Assembly: GCA_022565335.1 (NCBI GenBank)
Contig: JAIUMY010000005.1
Coordinates: forward strand, 1-63,154
Reading direction: 5' to 3'
Length of the DNA: 63,154 nt
From: Opitutales bacterium
GTDB lineage: Bacteria > Verrucomicrobiota > Verrucomicrobiia > Opitutales > T3Sed10-336
The notes under the pieces were generated by a model. It was not told the DNA's origin and searched no databases. It saw nothing but the letters and a program-made list of their open reading frames with translations. A program made the position numbers and the translations under genes. Position 1 is the stretch's first letter, and every line of letters starts with the position of its first letter. Positions 39,234 through 50,838 of this stretch are shown here, piece by piece.

Positions 39234-41345
39234 TTAGCGACGTCGGCGAAGCGGTGAGGGTGCAGTTGCTTCTTCTTCATCATCCGAATTTTCCCTGGGT
39301 TCCAAATTAAAAGTCCCCTCTTGCAGAAAAGCCTCCAGAGCTTCCGGTTCCGAAAGGCGCTTGATCATGCGGCTCGCATCGGCGTCAGCGTCCTCTGAAT
39401 TTCGTATCACGTGAGGACGAATGAAAAGCAACAGCTCGGTACGATTCACCTCATTAGTTCGCCCACGGAACAAATTCCCCACTAAGGGAATGCTTCCAAG
39501 GAACGCCACCCGGCTACCGCTATCGCTTTCTTCAATACTTTGCAATCCACCAAGTACGACGGTTTCGGCATCGCGAACACTTACGAAGGAATTGGCTTCC
39601 CGGTTCCCGATGATCGGCTGTTCATTGCCGTCAATAGTAACATTGTCCACCACACTCTCGACCCGCTGTTCAATTTCCATCTCCACCATTCCGTCAGGGG
39701 CAATTCGCGGCAACACCGACAACTGAATTCCGATATCCCGAAACTGAATGCTGGAACGAACCGTAGTGGTCACCGACCCATCGGTTTGCGAAGCGGTAAT
39801 GACGGGCCGTTGCTGGCCGACGATAATCCGTGCCTCACGGTTATGGGTAGTCACGATGGTCGGCACGGAGAGAATATTGACATTGCTATCGCTTTGGGCG
39901 GTTCGTAACAAAGCTTCGATGGCAAAGGGTCGGCGAACGACGTTGAAATCGAATCCGCGGCCATCAACGTCGATTTCAAAATTGTTCTCTTCACTGTTCC
40001 AAATCCCCGAGATGGCATCGATGCCACGCGAATGACGATCGGACAAGGTGACTTCGGCAATAACCACTTCGATCCGCACTTGGGCCAAGAGGACGTCGAT
40101 CTTGTCGATCAGTTGCTGGATCATCTCAATATCCATCCGTGTTCCGGACACCAGAATCGCATTGCTTCGCTCATCAGGGATAATGGTGAGGAGGGAGCTG
40201 AACTCGCTGGACATTTCCTCAACAAAATCCTGAGCAGTATCCCGAATTTCCGGTGGCAAACCATTCTCCGGAGCTGGTGGCTCTGCCGGTTCACCGTCAT
40301 TGCCCCCCGACTCAGGCGTCTCAGGCGTTACGGGGTCTGGCCGTTCGGGTCGATCATTGCGGCGCCCATTGCGGGTTTCGGGAACCCGATCCCTTTCGGC
40401 GGTTTGCCCGGAGACCAATTGGCTCAAGAGCGAAGCAACCTCAGTCGCTTCGGCATGTTTGAGAAAAATCACCTCATTGCGGGTTCTCGGCTCAGAACGG
40501 ACATCTATCCGATCAATTATGTTCTCGAAATAGTCCATATTGCGGGGGTCGGTAATCACAATCACCTGATTGGTTCTCTCATCAGAATCGATCAAGGTGT
40601 TGGAACTCAGAATCCGTTGCATGGGTTCCTGCCTCAAGGCATTAATTCGGGAAATGATGTCGGAGGCGCGGGCATTTTGGATGGTAAAAAAGCGGGTTTC
40701 CAGGTTTTGGTCGCGGGGACGATCGAACTCCTCCAGAAGCGCCTCCAGACGTTGCAAGTTATTGACTGTTTCGGTGATCAAAAGGGAATTGGCCTTCTCG
40801 AAGACGATAATCGAACCGATATTCGGAGTGAGTAAAGAATTCACCTTTTGGACAAATTCCTCCGGACGAAGAAAATTCATCTGATACATCTTGGAGACAA
40901 TGCGACCACTCGGCCGCATCTCCCGGACGGAGTCGGTAATAATCGGTACTCCCTCGGTCATCAACCGGTTCAAAGGAACAACTTTCAAGAACCGATCCCC
41001 CATCGGCGAAACCCCGATTCCATTGATTCGAAGAATGGTTTCCAAGGCTTCAATCGCCTCTTCCACCTTCAAGGATCCACGCGAATCAAAGGTAATGTTC
41101 GGCGTTGGCAAGGCCTCCGGGCGAATGAGCATCCGCCCGGTCAAGCGTTCGAGAAAAACCAGCACTTGATCGACGGATTCATCCCGGAAAACCACCCGAT
41201 CAATCTCCTCCTCCGGGTCGGGGGGGCTACCCTGCCCTTCCAACGGTATGGAAAGAAGGAGGAGCAAAGTGAAGCCCAAGAGGCTGAATCTTTGCCAGGG
41301 TAAGATTTTGCCGGGTCTTAGTATTTTCTTAAAATTTTCTCTCAT
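39234..41345 (-). CDS. gspD: Secretin (GspD family)
   Basis: DERTN/DERSN N-domains, QVRIEVVIAEV, VVLGGL, IPLVGNLF, ELLLFIRP. Confidence 0.92.
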   Translation of the reverse strand: MRENFKKILRPGKILPWQRFSLLGFTLLLLLSIPLEGQGSPPDPEEEIDRVVFRDESVDQVLVFLERLTGRMLIRPEALPTPNITFDSRGSLKVEEAIEALETILRINGIGVSPMGDRFLKVVPLNRLMTEGVPIITDSVREMRPSGRIVSKMYQMNFLRPEEFVQKVNSLLTPNIGSIIVFEKANSLLITETVNNLQRLEALLEEFDRPRDQNLETRFFTIQNARASDIISRINALRQEPMQRILSSNTLIDSDERTNQVIVITDPRNMDYFENIIDRIDVRSEPRTRNEVIFLKHAEATEVASLLSQLVSGQTAERDRVPETRNGRRNDRPERPDPVTPETPESGGNDGEPAEPPAPENGLPPEIRDTAQDFVEEMSSEFSSLLTIIPDERSNAILVSGTRMDIEMIQQLIDKIDVLLAQVRIEVVIAEVTLSDRHSRGIDAISGIWNSEENNFEIDVDGRGFDFNVVRRPFAIEALLRTAQSDSNVNILSVPTIVTTHNREARIIVGQQRPVITASQTDGSVTTTVRSSIQFRDIGIQLSVLPRIAPDGMVEMEIEQRVESVVDNVTIDGNEQPIIGNREANSFVSVRDAETVVLGGLQSIEESDSGSRVAFLGSIPLVGNLFRGRTNEVNRTELLLFIRPHVIRNSEDADADASRMIKRLSEPEALEAFLQEGTFNLEPRENSDDEEEATAPSPLRRRR

Positions 41346-41354
41346 AAATATCCC

Positions 41355-41915
41355 TTAGTTTTCTTCGTCGGAAATCTCTACTGCCGTTATCTCATACCGG
41401 GCTTCCAAATTGCGGGGGTCATTGCGATCAGGTATTAGAATCAACTCGCCCATCGACATATAAGGCGAACGATCCTGAATACTGTCCGTAAAAGCGATGA
41501 TTCGTTCCATCGGTGAACGGCTTAGGCGAACGGTCACGGTATGAAATTGAAAAATTTCCCCTTCCTCGGTACGCGGGGTATCAATGCTAGGGGAGAGATC
41601 CTGGGCTCTGGCCAGGCGGTTGATTTCGGAAAGCAAACGGGTGCGGGTCAAAAGACGATCCCGCTCCAGGCGGCCAATCTCTTCCTCGACCAAACCTCCA
41701 ATCATTTCGGCATTATCGATCCAAACCTGTTGTTGTTCGTAGGTGCGTTCCAGTTGCTGCCAGGTTTGCCAATCCCCCCGACTGCGGTTGAGGAAGTTCA
41801 GTCCCCAAAGCAAAACCATGGTTACCAGAAAGAAAACAACCAGGAATTTTTCCCGCGGGGTCCTTTCCAAAAACGCTTCGTTGGTGACCCGTACGCCTTT
41901 TTTGAACAGCCTCAT
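41355..41915 (-). CDS. GspM/PilO-like assembly protein
   Basis: RTPREK followed by a TM helix and coiled coil; operon position. Confidence 0.65.
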   Translation of the reverse strand: MRLFKKGVRVTNEAFLERTPREKFLVVFFLVTMVLLWGLNFLNRSRGDWQTWQQLERTYEQQQVWIDNAEMIGGLVEEEIGRLERDRLLTRTRLLSEINRLARAQDLSPSIDTPRTEEGEIFQFHTVTVRLSRSPMERIIAFTDSIQDRSPYMSMGELILIPDRNDPRNLEARYEITAVEISDEEN

Positions 41916-43180
41916 TGCTCACCTCCGGGTAAATCGAGTTCTGGTTCCAGCGTTAGAGCCGGGTCCGGCAAGGCGGCGCTGCTGCCCGCAGGAGGACTCC
42001 CGTTGCGAACAAATCTTTCAAACGGCTCTTCGGCGAAAGTCAGACGCATACGAAAGTTGGTTCGTCCTTCGCGAAGGGTTTGATTGAGGATGTCGACGTC
42101 AGCGATTTCCGCGGCCTCGGTTAGGGCACTTTCATAGCGGATCACATCATCGCTGTTGGCCGTTTCCGCGACCACTTCCAAGCGCAAATCGGAAGTCAAT
42201 TCCGCTCTGGTAAAGAAGATCGAATCCGGGCGTACGCGGTTGACCACTTCCAACATGGAAAAAGGTAACAGCTGGTTTTCAGCAATGCCCCGCATGCGCT
42301 GGGCAAAACTTTCCTGTTCCTGAATTTTTTCGACTCTATCCTGACGTTCAGTGACCTCAACCTGTTTGACCTCAAGAAAATAAGCCGCCCCAAAACGCAA
42401 CCCTTCTCCTGCCAGCAAAAACAGTAGCGCCGCCGCACTCACCCAAAGGGCGCGCAAATACCAGGCATTGCGACGCTTTTCCGCTTTTTTGGCGGCGAGC
42501 AGCTCCTTATCCCGAATATCCATGGTAGCCGACGCTGAATGCGAAAGCCCTCCTTTACGAAGAACCGGAGCTTTATCCCCATCTTCCGGGGTAAAGCGGA
42601 ACACCGCCTGTTTATTGTCCCAGCCGAGAAATACCGGCCCGAAAAACCTTTCTTCCCTGCCCTCTTCACGCGTAAGCCCTGCTTTCGAGTAAAGCTTTTC
42701 TACCACGGTCTCTGGGAAGGCCCCCTCTTCTTCCAAAGGCACCAAACGCGAGACGATTTTGACCGGAACCTCCCCGGCTCGGGCCATTTGAATGAGGGAC
42801 AAGCCCTCTCCAAATCGCAAAAGAACCGCTTTATCGTCCAACCCCTCCCCCGGCAAAACAGAGAGCAACGCCGGGGCCACCAAGTCGGCATCATCCAAGG
42901 AGGCCCCCACCAAGTCTTCAATCCGTTTTCGATAAGCCGCAAAGAGAAGAATTTTTCGGCCCCTGACAGGGCGATAATACCCGTAATATACTTGGTGAAC
43001 GGGGAACGGGCTGGTCTGCTCCAGCATCATTTCCAGAAAGGAATCGAGTTCATTGGCCGGCAGATTATCCGGCAATTCCACATTCTTCCAAAAAAAAGGT
43101 TGATCGGGCACCAGCACAACCTCCTCCCACTGCAGGCGGTCATCAGTAAAATCTGGATTGTCGGACTTGGAACTTTTCAC
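41912..43180 (-). CDS. GspL/PilM-PilN-like assembly protein
   Basis: SPFP cytoplasmic domain, central TM, PilN-like RPDSIFFT; operon position. Confidence 0.65.
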   Translation of the reverse strand: MKSSKSDNPDFTDDRLQWEEVVLVPDQPFFWKNVELPDNLPANELDSFLEMMLEQTSPFPVHQVYYGYYRPVRGRKILLFAAYRKRIEDLVGASLDDADLVAPALLSVLPGEGLDDKAVLLRFGEGLSLIQMARAGEVPVKIVSRLVPLEEEGAFPETVVEKLYSKAGLTREEGREERFFGPVFLGWDNKQAVFRFTPEDGDKAPVLRKGGLSHSASATMDIRDKELLAAKKAEKRRNAWYLRALWVSAAALLFLLAGEGLRFGAAYFLEVKQVEVTERQDRVEKIQEQESFAQRMRGIAENQLLPFSMLEVVNRVRPDSIFFTRAELTSDLRLEVVAETANSDDVIRYESALTEAAEIADVDILNQTLREGRTNFRMRLTFAEEPFERFVRNGSPPAGSSAALPDPALTLEPELDLPGGEQ

Positions 43181-43231
43181 AAAAAGAAAAGCTTAAACTA
43201 CGGCTTCTTGGGCGGAAAGTAAACAATATCC

Positions 43232-43948
43232 TCACACCTGAGAGAATCCCTCCGGAGAGGCATGGGGGCTCCCCAAAAGAGGCAAGAGCCTCTGAGATCC
43301 TTCAAGCAGAGACCGCAAATCACCCCCGGTCGGAATACGGAAAGTCACTTGATCAGCGCGGACCTCCCAGATCACCAAAGGATCCGGGCAAACCAGAGTC
43401 AAAAAGCTGCCATCCAAAGGATAATCGAGGTGCGGGCGCAAGCGGGCATCCTCTTCCAAACGGTCGATGACCTTTGCCACGTTAATCGATCGGCGCGGTT
43501 GCCAGATCAGCTCCGAGCAGATTCCCTCCAAAACCTGGACCCATTGGGGAATCAACGCCTCCTCCAAGAGCTTTTCGCCCGAAACCTCGGTCCGCAGCTC
43601 ATAGTTCCCGGGAGTTTCCCCCTGAAGTTCAATCCATACATCCAGGCGACTTTCGGGCAGGCTGATCCGCACCGCCCCCTTCGATAGCTGCAAATTAAAA
43701 TCCCGCCGCCGCAGGGAAAACTCTTTACGCAATCGTTGAAATACAAGGTCCGCGTGATTCCGGACTTCCCTTTCCCCGATGGCTTGAACAAAAGCCTGCG
43801 CCGCTTCGTCGGAGACCTTGGGGACCTGGTGTCCGCGCTCTTTTTGGAAGCCCGAGAGTTGGGGCACCGGACCAACCGCCCGGCCTTGCAAGGTCAAACG
43901 CCCTCCTGAAAATGAATCCTGTTTTTCTGCGGAAGCCAGTCCTGCCAT
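43232..43948 (-). CDS. Hypothetical protein
   Basis: Long ORF filling the gap upstream of the T2SS cluster; no motif recognised. Confidence 0.5.
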   Translation of the reverse strand: MAGLASAEKQDSFSGGRLTLQGRAVGPVPQLSGFQKERGHQVPKVSDEAAQAFVQAIGEREVRNHADLVFQRLRKEFSLRRRDFNLQLSKGAVRISLPESRLDVWIELQGETPGNYELRTEVSGEKLLEEALIPQWVQVLEGICSELIWQPRRSINVAKVIDRLEEDARLRPHLDYPLDGSFLTLVCPDPLVIWEVRADQVTFRIPTGGDLRSLLEGSQRLLPLLGSPHASPEGFSQV

Positions 43949-44100
43949 ACCCAACTCTTTTCCTCTCAACATCCCATGGCAAGAACGGAAACCGGGAAAA
44001 TTTTGACGCCCACCCCACTTGCCCCAGCGGACATAAAGGTTAGATTACTCCCGTTAGAGGAAAGCCCTTACGATCCGGACATTTTTCCGTCTCTCATCCG

Positions 44101-44703
44101 ATGCAAGAAACAAACCATTTTAACCGCGCGAACATCCTTCGCGAAATCATTCGCAACCGCCGCAGCGTGAAGCCACGGCTATTCAATGGCGAGAAGATTC
44201 CTGATACCATCGTTGAGGAAATTCTGGAGGACGCCACTTGGGCCCCTACCCATCATTTGACCCAACCTTGGCGCTTCATCGTCTTCACCGGATCGGCGCT
44301 GCAACGGCTGGCGGACTTTCGCCAGCATTGGTGTCGGATCAGCACTCCCCCGGAGCAATACGATGCGGCCAAGGCCGCTCGCCTGGAAAGCAATTTACTC
44401 AACTCCTCCCATGTAGTCTTTCTCTGTCTGAAACGCCATAAACGCCCCGGATTTCCCGAGGAGGAGGAAGTTGCGGCAGTCGCCTGTGCCGCCCAAAACA
44501 TCATGCTGAGTGCAGAGGCCCACGGGTTTCATGCCTTCTGGGGCAGTGGCGGCGACACCTACAGCGAAGACCTGCATGAGTTTCTCGAATTGGAATCCAC
44601 CGAACGCTGCCTGGGATCACTCTACCTCGGCTATACGGACAAACCCCTACCCCGGCCCCGCCGCCGTCCGCTGAGCGAAGTCATGCGCTGGTATGAGACG
44701 TAA
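44101..44703 (+). CDS. Nitroreductase family protein (YdjA-like)
   Basis: RRSVK, WAPTHHLTQPWRF, AAQNIML, WGSG. Confidence 0.88.
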   Translation: MQETNHFNRANILREIIRNRRSVKPRLFNGEKIPDTIVEEILEDATWAPTHHLTQPWRFIVFTGSALQRLADFRQHWCRISTPPEQYDAAKAARLESNLLNSSHVVFLCLKRHKRPGFPEEEEVAAVACAAQNIMLSAEAHGFHAFWGSGGDTYSEDLHEFLELESTERCLGSLYLGYTDKPLPRPRRRPLSEVMRWYET

Positions 44704-44769
44704 AGGGCCTCCCCTATGAGGCCACCCGTGAATGCCTACGCACCGGGCATACGGATGTGCTGCCTTCAC

Positions 44770-44811
44770 ATCCTGATCGCAATCTTTATCGTCCTGCTAA
44801 TCCTAATCTCG
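44770..44811. repeat. Degenerate 6-nt tandem repeat (ATCNNN-type, 7 units)
   Basis: ATCCTG ATCGCA ATCTTT ATCGTC CTGCTA ATCCTA ATCTCG. Confidence 0.55.
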
Positions 44812-45090
44812 AACCTACTCACTGATTTAAGAGGCCACACGGGCTAAGCCAATTGCCAATTTTCTCCCCCTATTCTCCATCCTCCTTACTCTTTCGAGAA
44901 CCACCTCGCCGGCGAGGGAGACATATCTTCCTTTCAGCGTTTCTATTCCCAACCCTTGCGAAAGCTGCGGGCTACACAAATTTCCATCCTCAATCCCCTC
45001 GCTCACCCCGCTGTTCGGGCGTATCTATGAATTTTTATCGATTCGCGGTTTTACAATTTTGCCCAACCCCAAGGGCCTGCCGCTGACCGA

Positions 45091-45498
45091 CTACCGCTTT
45101 TTTTGTTTCACCAAGAGCTGTGCTTGGTGATAGCGGACCATGGTTTCTAGACGTTCCAACTCTTCGGGCTCCATGTCGACGGCTTCCTTAAGCTTTGCTT
45201 CTGCCTTGGCCATGGCTCTTTCGACTACGGCCGGTTCGATTTGCGCAACGTCAATAGCCGACTCGGTCAAAACACTGATTTTGTCCTGCATCACTTGAGC
45301 AAAACCCGCACTTACCGCAAGATATTCGGTTTTACCACCATGCAGGACCCGCAATTCCCCGGCATCAACTTGAGTCAGTAAAGGCAAGTGACCGGGCAAA
45401 AGCCCCACCTCTCCTTGTTTGGTCGGCAGGATCACCTGATCCACAGGGGATTCATAAGCCTTGCCTTGAGGGGTGACGATCTCGAGATGAAGCGACAT
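45091..45498 (-). CDS. atpC: ATP synthase epsilon subunit
   Basis: LEIVTP, GEVGLLPGHLP; operon position. Confidence 0.95.
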   Translation of the reverse strand: MSLHLEIVTPQGKAYESPVDQVILPTKQGEVGLLPGHLPLLTQVDAGELRVLHGGKTEYLAVSAGFAQVMQDKISVLTESAIDVAQIEPAVVERAMAKAEAKLKEAVDMEPEELERLETMVRYHQAQLLVKQKKR

Positions 45499-45507
45499 GG
45501 TGGGTGA

Positions 45508-46941
<1,434 letters not shown>

Positions 46942-46958
46942 TTATAAATTAAAGTAGA

Positions 46959-47855
46959 TTAATTTGAAAGGGCGGCCGCGGAAATTTCCAGAATTTCCTG
47001 GGTAATCGCCGCCTGACGGGCTTTGTTATATTGCAGAGTGAGATCATCCAACAATGATGACGCGTTATCGGAAGCGGCCTTCATGGCCACCATTCGGGCG
47101 CTGTGCTCGGAGGCTTTGGCCTCGAGTACGAACTGATACACTTGATTATGAATGTAACGGGGCAAAAGTTCCGAGAGAACTTCCGCCGGGGTGGGCTCAA
47201 AAATCATATCGCGTTCTTCCTGCGGCAATTTCCGGGCACCGACCACTTTTCCACCAACCTTTCTGCCCGTCACTTCACTGAGAATATTTTTCAGGTCCAG
47301 AAGGGGTAGTAAGGTATACACCGTCGCCTCCTGCAGGAGAGTGTTTACGAAACGGGGATAGAGAATTTCGATGGTATCGATCTTTCCTTCGATAAACCGC
47401 TCAATCAGGAGTTGGGAAATTTGTCGCACCGGGTTGTAGGCAACTTTATCACCCAACGAAAAATCCGCGACCAAGTTACGACGGGTACGCGAGAGAAACT
47501 GCGCCCCTTTACGTCCCACGACATAATATTCGGCCTCCGTTTTGATTTCAGAAATTTTCTTGAAAAGATTTCCGTTGAGGGGTCCACAAAGTCCTTTATC
47601 GGAGCTTAGAACCAATACGCCACGAGTTTTGACCTCACGACTTTGCAGGAATGGGTGGACAAACTTGCCTTCCACCTTGTCCTCAATGGCGGCCAACATC
47701 GCCGAGAGCAAAGCTGAGTATTCACTCCCTGATAAAGCCTCGTTTTGAGCCTTCTTCATTTTCGAAGCGGCCACCATCTCCATCGCCTTGGTGATCTGCT
47801 TGGTATTCTTAACCGACTTGATACGACGCCGGATATCTCTGGTACTTGAGGACAT
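46959..47855 (-). CDS. atpG: ATP synthase gamma subunit
   Basis: ITKAMEMVAASK, DKGLCG, RQAAITQE. Confidence 0.97.
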   Translation of the reverse strand: MSSSTRDIRRRIKSVKNTKQITKAMEMVAASKMKKAQNEALSGSEYSALLSAMLAAIEDKVEGKFVHPFLQSREVKTRGVLVLSSDKGLCGPLNGNLFKKISEIKTEAEYYVVGRKGAQFLSRTRRNLVADFSLGDKVAYNPVRQISQLLIERFIEGKIDTIEILYPRFVNTLLQEATVYTLLPLLDLKNILSEVTGRKVGGKVVGARKLPQEERDMIFEPTPAEVLSELLPRYIHNQVYQFVLEAKASEHSARMVAMKAASDNASSLLDDLTLQYNKARQAAITQEILEISAAALSN

Positions 47856-47901
47856 GGGTCAATCTATGGTTAGTAGGCGTGGCATTGCGGGAGACCTTGC
47901 T

Positions 47902-49431
47902 TTAAAGGGACTTTTTCCACTCTTCGTAGGCCTTCTTCAAGGTGGCGGCAATTTCGTCGGAGATTTTCCCCTCCTTACGAATCTTGGTTAAGGTGGCATC
48001 CTCACGGGTGGAAAAATACTCCCGGAAGCTGGCCGCGGAGGAGACGATTTCCTTTGCCGGAATATCATCATAATAGCCGTTTTGAATGCCCCACAGAGTC
48101 GCAACCTGCAATTCCATCGGAATGGGGCTGAGAATAGGCTGTTTGAAAATTTCGACAATTCGCGCACCACGATCCAGTTGGGCCTTGGTTTTGGCGTCAA
48201 GGTCCGAACCAAACTGCGCGAAAGCAGCAAGTTCGCGAAACTGCGCCAGTTCGAGTTTGATCTTTCCGGCAACCTGTTTGGTGGCCTTTACCTGGGCGGC
48301 CGAACCAACCCGGGAGACCGACAAGCCGACATTGATCGCGGGTCGAATCCCCTGATTGAACAAATCGGTTTCCAGGAAAATCTGCCCGTCGGTAATGGAA
48401 ATCACGTTGGTCGGAATGTAGGCTGAAACATCACCCGCCTGCGTTTCAATGACGGGCAATGCGGTAAGCGATCCACCCCCGGCCTCGGGCGAGAGACGGG
48501 CCGAACGCTCAAGAAGACGGGAATGCAGATAAAAGACATCTCCCGGGAAAGCCTCACGCCCGGAGGGGCGTTTGAGAATCAAGGAAATCTGACGATAGGC
48601 CACCGCGTGTTTGGACAAATCATCGTACACGATCAGGGCATCCTTGCCGTTCTGCATGAACCACTCGCCGATCGCGGCACCCGCGTAGGGGGCCAGGTAT
48701 TGGTTGGCCGCATTATCGGCCGCCGGGGCGGTTACGATAATCGTGTAATCAAGGGCGCCTTTCTCCCGCAAAGCCTCGATGGTCCGCGCGACATTGGCGT
48801 TCTTTTGGCCAATGATTACGTAAATGGAATACACCGGGCGAAAGTCAGGGTCGCCGGATTCTTCGCCGACGCGATTGATATTCGCCTGGTTAATAATGGT
48901 GTCCACGGCAATGGTGGTTTTCCCAGTTCCGCGGTCACCAATGATCAACTCCCGCTGGCCACGGCCAATAGGGATCATTGAATCAACCGACATTATGCCG
49001 GTCTGCAGGGGCTGATCCACCGATTTACGCTCAATGATGCCGGGGGCGATTTTTTCCAGCGGATAGCGTTCGGAGGAGTCGAGGGGGCCCTTGTCGTCAA
49101 CGGGGGTTCCGATTGAATCCACAACCCGGCCCAACAGACCCATACCGACCGGAATGGACAGCAATTTTCCAGTGGTTTTCACCTCGTCCCCCTGCCGGAC
49201 ATGGCTGGCGTCACCGAGGATGATACAGCCGACTTCCTCTTCCTCCAGATTGAGTGCGATGCCCGTTATGCCACCGGGAAATTCGACCATCTCATTATAC
49301 ATGACTTCCGAAAGTCCGTCCACCTTGGCGACCCCGTCCGCGACGGCGACGACCCGGCCGGTGTTTTGCTTGACGGTCTTGCTCTCAAGCTGGGAGATTT
49401 GTTCTTCAATTTGTTCAATGACGCTGCTCAT
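47902..49431 (-). CDS. atpA: ATP synthase alpha subunit
   Basis: [38 protein letters not shown]. Confidence 0.98.
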   Translation of the reverse strand: MSSVIEQIEEQISQLESKTVKQNTGRVVAVADGVAKVDGLSEVMYNEMVEFPGGITGIALNLEEEEVGCIILGDASHVRQGDEVKTTGKLLSIPVGMGLLGRVVDSIGTPVDDKGPLDSSERYPLEKIAPGIIERKSVDQPLQTGIMSVDSMIPIGRGQRELIIGDRGTGKTTIAVDTIINQANINRVGEESGDPDFRPVYSIYVIIGQKNANVARTIEALREKGALDYTIIVTAPAADNAANQYLAPYAGAAIGEWFMQNGKDALIVYDDLSKHAVAYRQISLILKRPSGREAFPGDVFYLHSRLLERSARLSPEAGGGSLTALPVIETQAGDVSAYIPTNVISITDGQIFLETDLFNQGIRPAINVGLSVSRVGSAAQVKATKQVAGKIKLELAQFRELAAFAQFGSDLDAKTKAQLDRGARIVEIFKQPILSPIPMELQVATLWGIQNGYYDDIPAKEIVSSAASFREYFSTREDATLTKIRKEGKISDEIAATLKKAYEEWKKSL

Positions 49432-49453
49432 GGTGATAAATAACTGGGTAAAT

Positions 49454-49861
49454 TCAAATGGTTTGGGAAGCTACCTTGCGCGCAAGTTCTTCGATCTGTT
49501 GGCGCGCGGAATATTCATAGGTGTCGCAACCGACACGGGCGTGAAAGCCTGCTAAAAGTTCTTTGTTTTCTTTGGGGACGATGGTGATGGTGCGACCGTA
49601 GGTGTCGTTGAAAAAGGCCGCCAGTTGTTTTTGCGCCGATTCTTCGAGAGGACCCGCGTGCTCAACAACCGCCTCCCGCTTGGCGACTTCCACTTTTAGA
49701 TAATTGCGGTAAGCGCGGAGAATCGCTTTGTATTCACGCGGCGGTTTTTTATCCAGCGCTTGCAAAACGGCACTGACCCGCTCAGGCACCACACGGTCCT
49801 CTTCGATGCTCATCGCCACCAATTGTCGGGCAAACTTTTTACTGCGGATGCTTTGCGCCAT
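49454..49861 (-). CDS. atpH: ATP synthase delta subunit (short form)
   Basis: Operon position; [14 protein letters not shown]...YEYS C-terminal delta motif. Confidence 0.85.
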   Translation of the reverse strand: MAQSIRSKKFARQLVAMSIEEDRVVPERVSAVLQALDKKPPREYKAILRAYRNYLKVEVAKREAVVEHAGPLEESAQKQLAAFFNDTYGRTITIVPKENKELLAGFHARVGCDTYEYSARQQIEELARKVASQTI

Positions 49862-49867
49862 GGAAAA

Positions 49868-50416
49868 TCAGTTTTTCTGGAGTTCCTCGGTGGCTTTTTG
49901 GGTGTAGCGGGATTTCTCCGCCTCCCCCAGTTCTGAACCAAGAACACGGGTCGAGGTTAACACGACCAGGCGGGCAATTTCCTCCCGTACTTCGGCCAGC
50001 ATTTTCTTCCGTTCCTGCTCGATGGCCTGCTCCGCTTTTTCCATCATTTCGGTGATGCGCTGATTGGTATCGGCGGTTTGTTTCTCCTGGTAGGCTTTGG
50101 CGGCTTGCCGGGCTTCTTCGAGGGTTTGCTTGGCTTCGCGCGAGGCACTATCTATAATTTCCTTTTGCTGGGCCTCGGTTTCCGCCATGCGGACCTTGAT
50201 CTCCTCAGCGTTCTTCAGACTCTCGGCGATTTTATCCTGCCGCAAATCGATGGTTCGCAGGATTGGCCGAATCCCGAAATAGTAAATAACAACCGCGACG
50301 ATCCCGAAATTTACGATCTGCGCAATAAGGGTGTTCCAATAAATACCGAATTCCTGGAAGATGGTCGGAGCGGCATCGGCTTGCGCCAAAAAGAGAGGAA
50401 AAAATTCACCGTTCAT
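49868..50416 (-). CDS. atpF: ATP synthase subunit b
   Basis: AQIVNF TM, RQDKI, long coiled coil. Confidence 0.93.
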   Translation of the reverse strand: MNGEFFPLFLAQADAAPTIFQEFGIYWNTLIAQIVNFGIVAVVIYYFGIRPILRTIDLRQDKIAESLKNAEEIKVRMAETEAQQKEIIDSASREAKQTLEEARQAAKAYQEKQTADTNQRITEMMEKAEQAIEQERKKMLAEVREEIARLVVLTSTRVLGSELGEAEKSRYTQKATEELQKN

Positions 50417-50446
50417 GGAAAGCTTCGGATACTTGGGGGAAAGTGA

Positions 50447-50476
50447 TGAGCCGCCGGTTGGTTTTCCGGCGGCTCA
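50447..50476 (-). promoter_or_regulatory. Strong intercistronic hairpin between atpE and atpF
   Basis: Perfect 11-bp stem TGAGCCGCCGG / CCGGCGGCTCA with an 8-nt loop. Confidence 0.65.
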
Positions 50477-50485
50477 AAGATTCGT

Positions 50486-50740
50486 TTATCCAAGGAAGAT
50501 GACGAAGAAGATAATCGCTTCGGCCAAGGCCATAGCAATAATCGACTGCACCAAAATCGGGGTGGCGGCACCGGGGTTGCGTCCGACGGACTCAACCGCT
50601 TTGTAACCGATCAGACCAATGCCAATAGGAATGGCAAAAGCCGCGACGGCCAATTGGAGATTTCCGGTAATGGCCGCACCGGCGATTTCGACGGTTTCCG
50701 CGTCAACGACTTGGGCGAGAATGAGAGCTGTTTCGAGCAT
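50486..50740 (-). CDS. atpE: ATP synthase subunit c
   Basis: GRNP loop, ALAEA conserved Glu. Confidence 0.95.
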   Translation of the reverse strand: MLETALILAQVVDAETVEIAGAAITGNLQLAVAAFAIPIGIGLIGYKAVESVGRNPGAATPILVQSIIAMALAEAIIFFVIFLG

Positions 50741-50838
50741 GATTTATTAGGTTTTAGGTTTTGTTTAACGGTTATTCCCCGGCGTCCACGTTTTATTGCG
50801 TTCTCTTAAGGAACCATGGTCCCACCGGAAGAAAGTTT

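Noticed and set aside
40032-40835. Long antisense ORFs (also 42539..43222, 45586..46239, 53105..53857)
   Set aside because: They lie opposite well-conserved genes and show no motifs; typical shadow ORFs.
36207-43180. T2SS cluster without pseudopilin or prepilin peptidase genes as a novel system
   Set aside because: Split T2SS/T4P loci are common; the missing genes are probably elsewhere in the genome.
50486-50740. Na+-translocating or N-type ATPase
   Set aside because: No Na+-binding Gln or Ser/Thr signature, and gene order is the standard atpBEFHAGDC.
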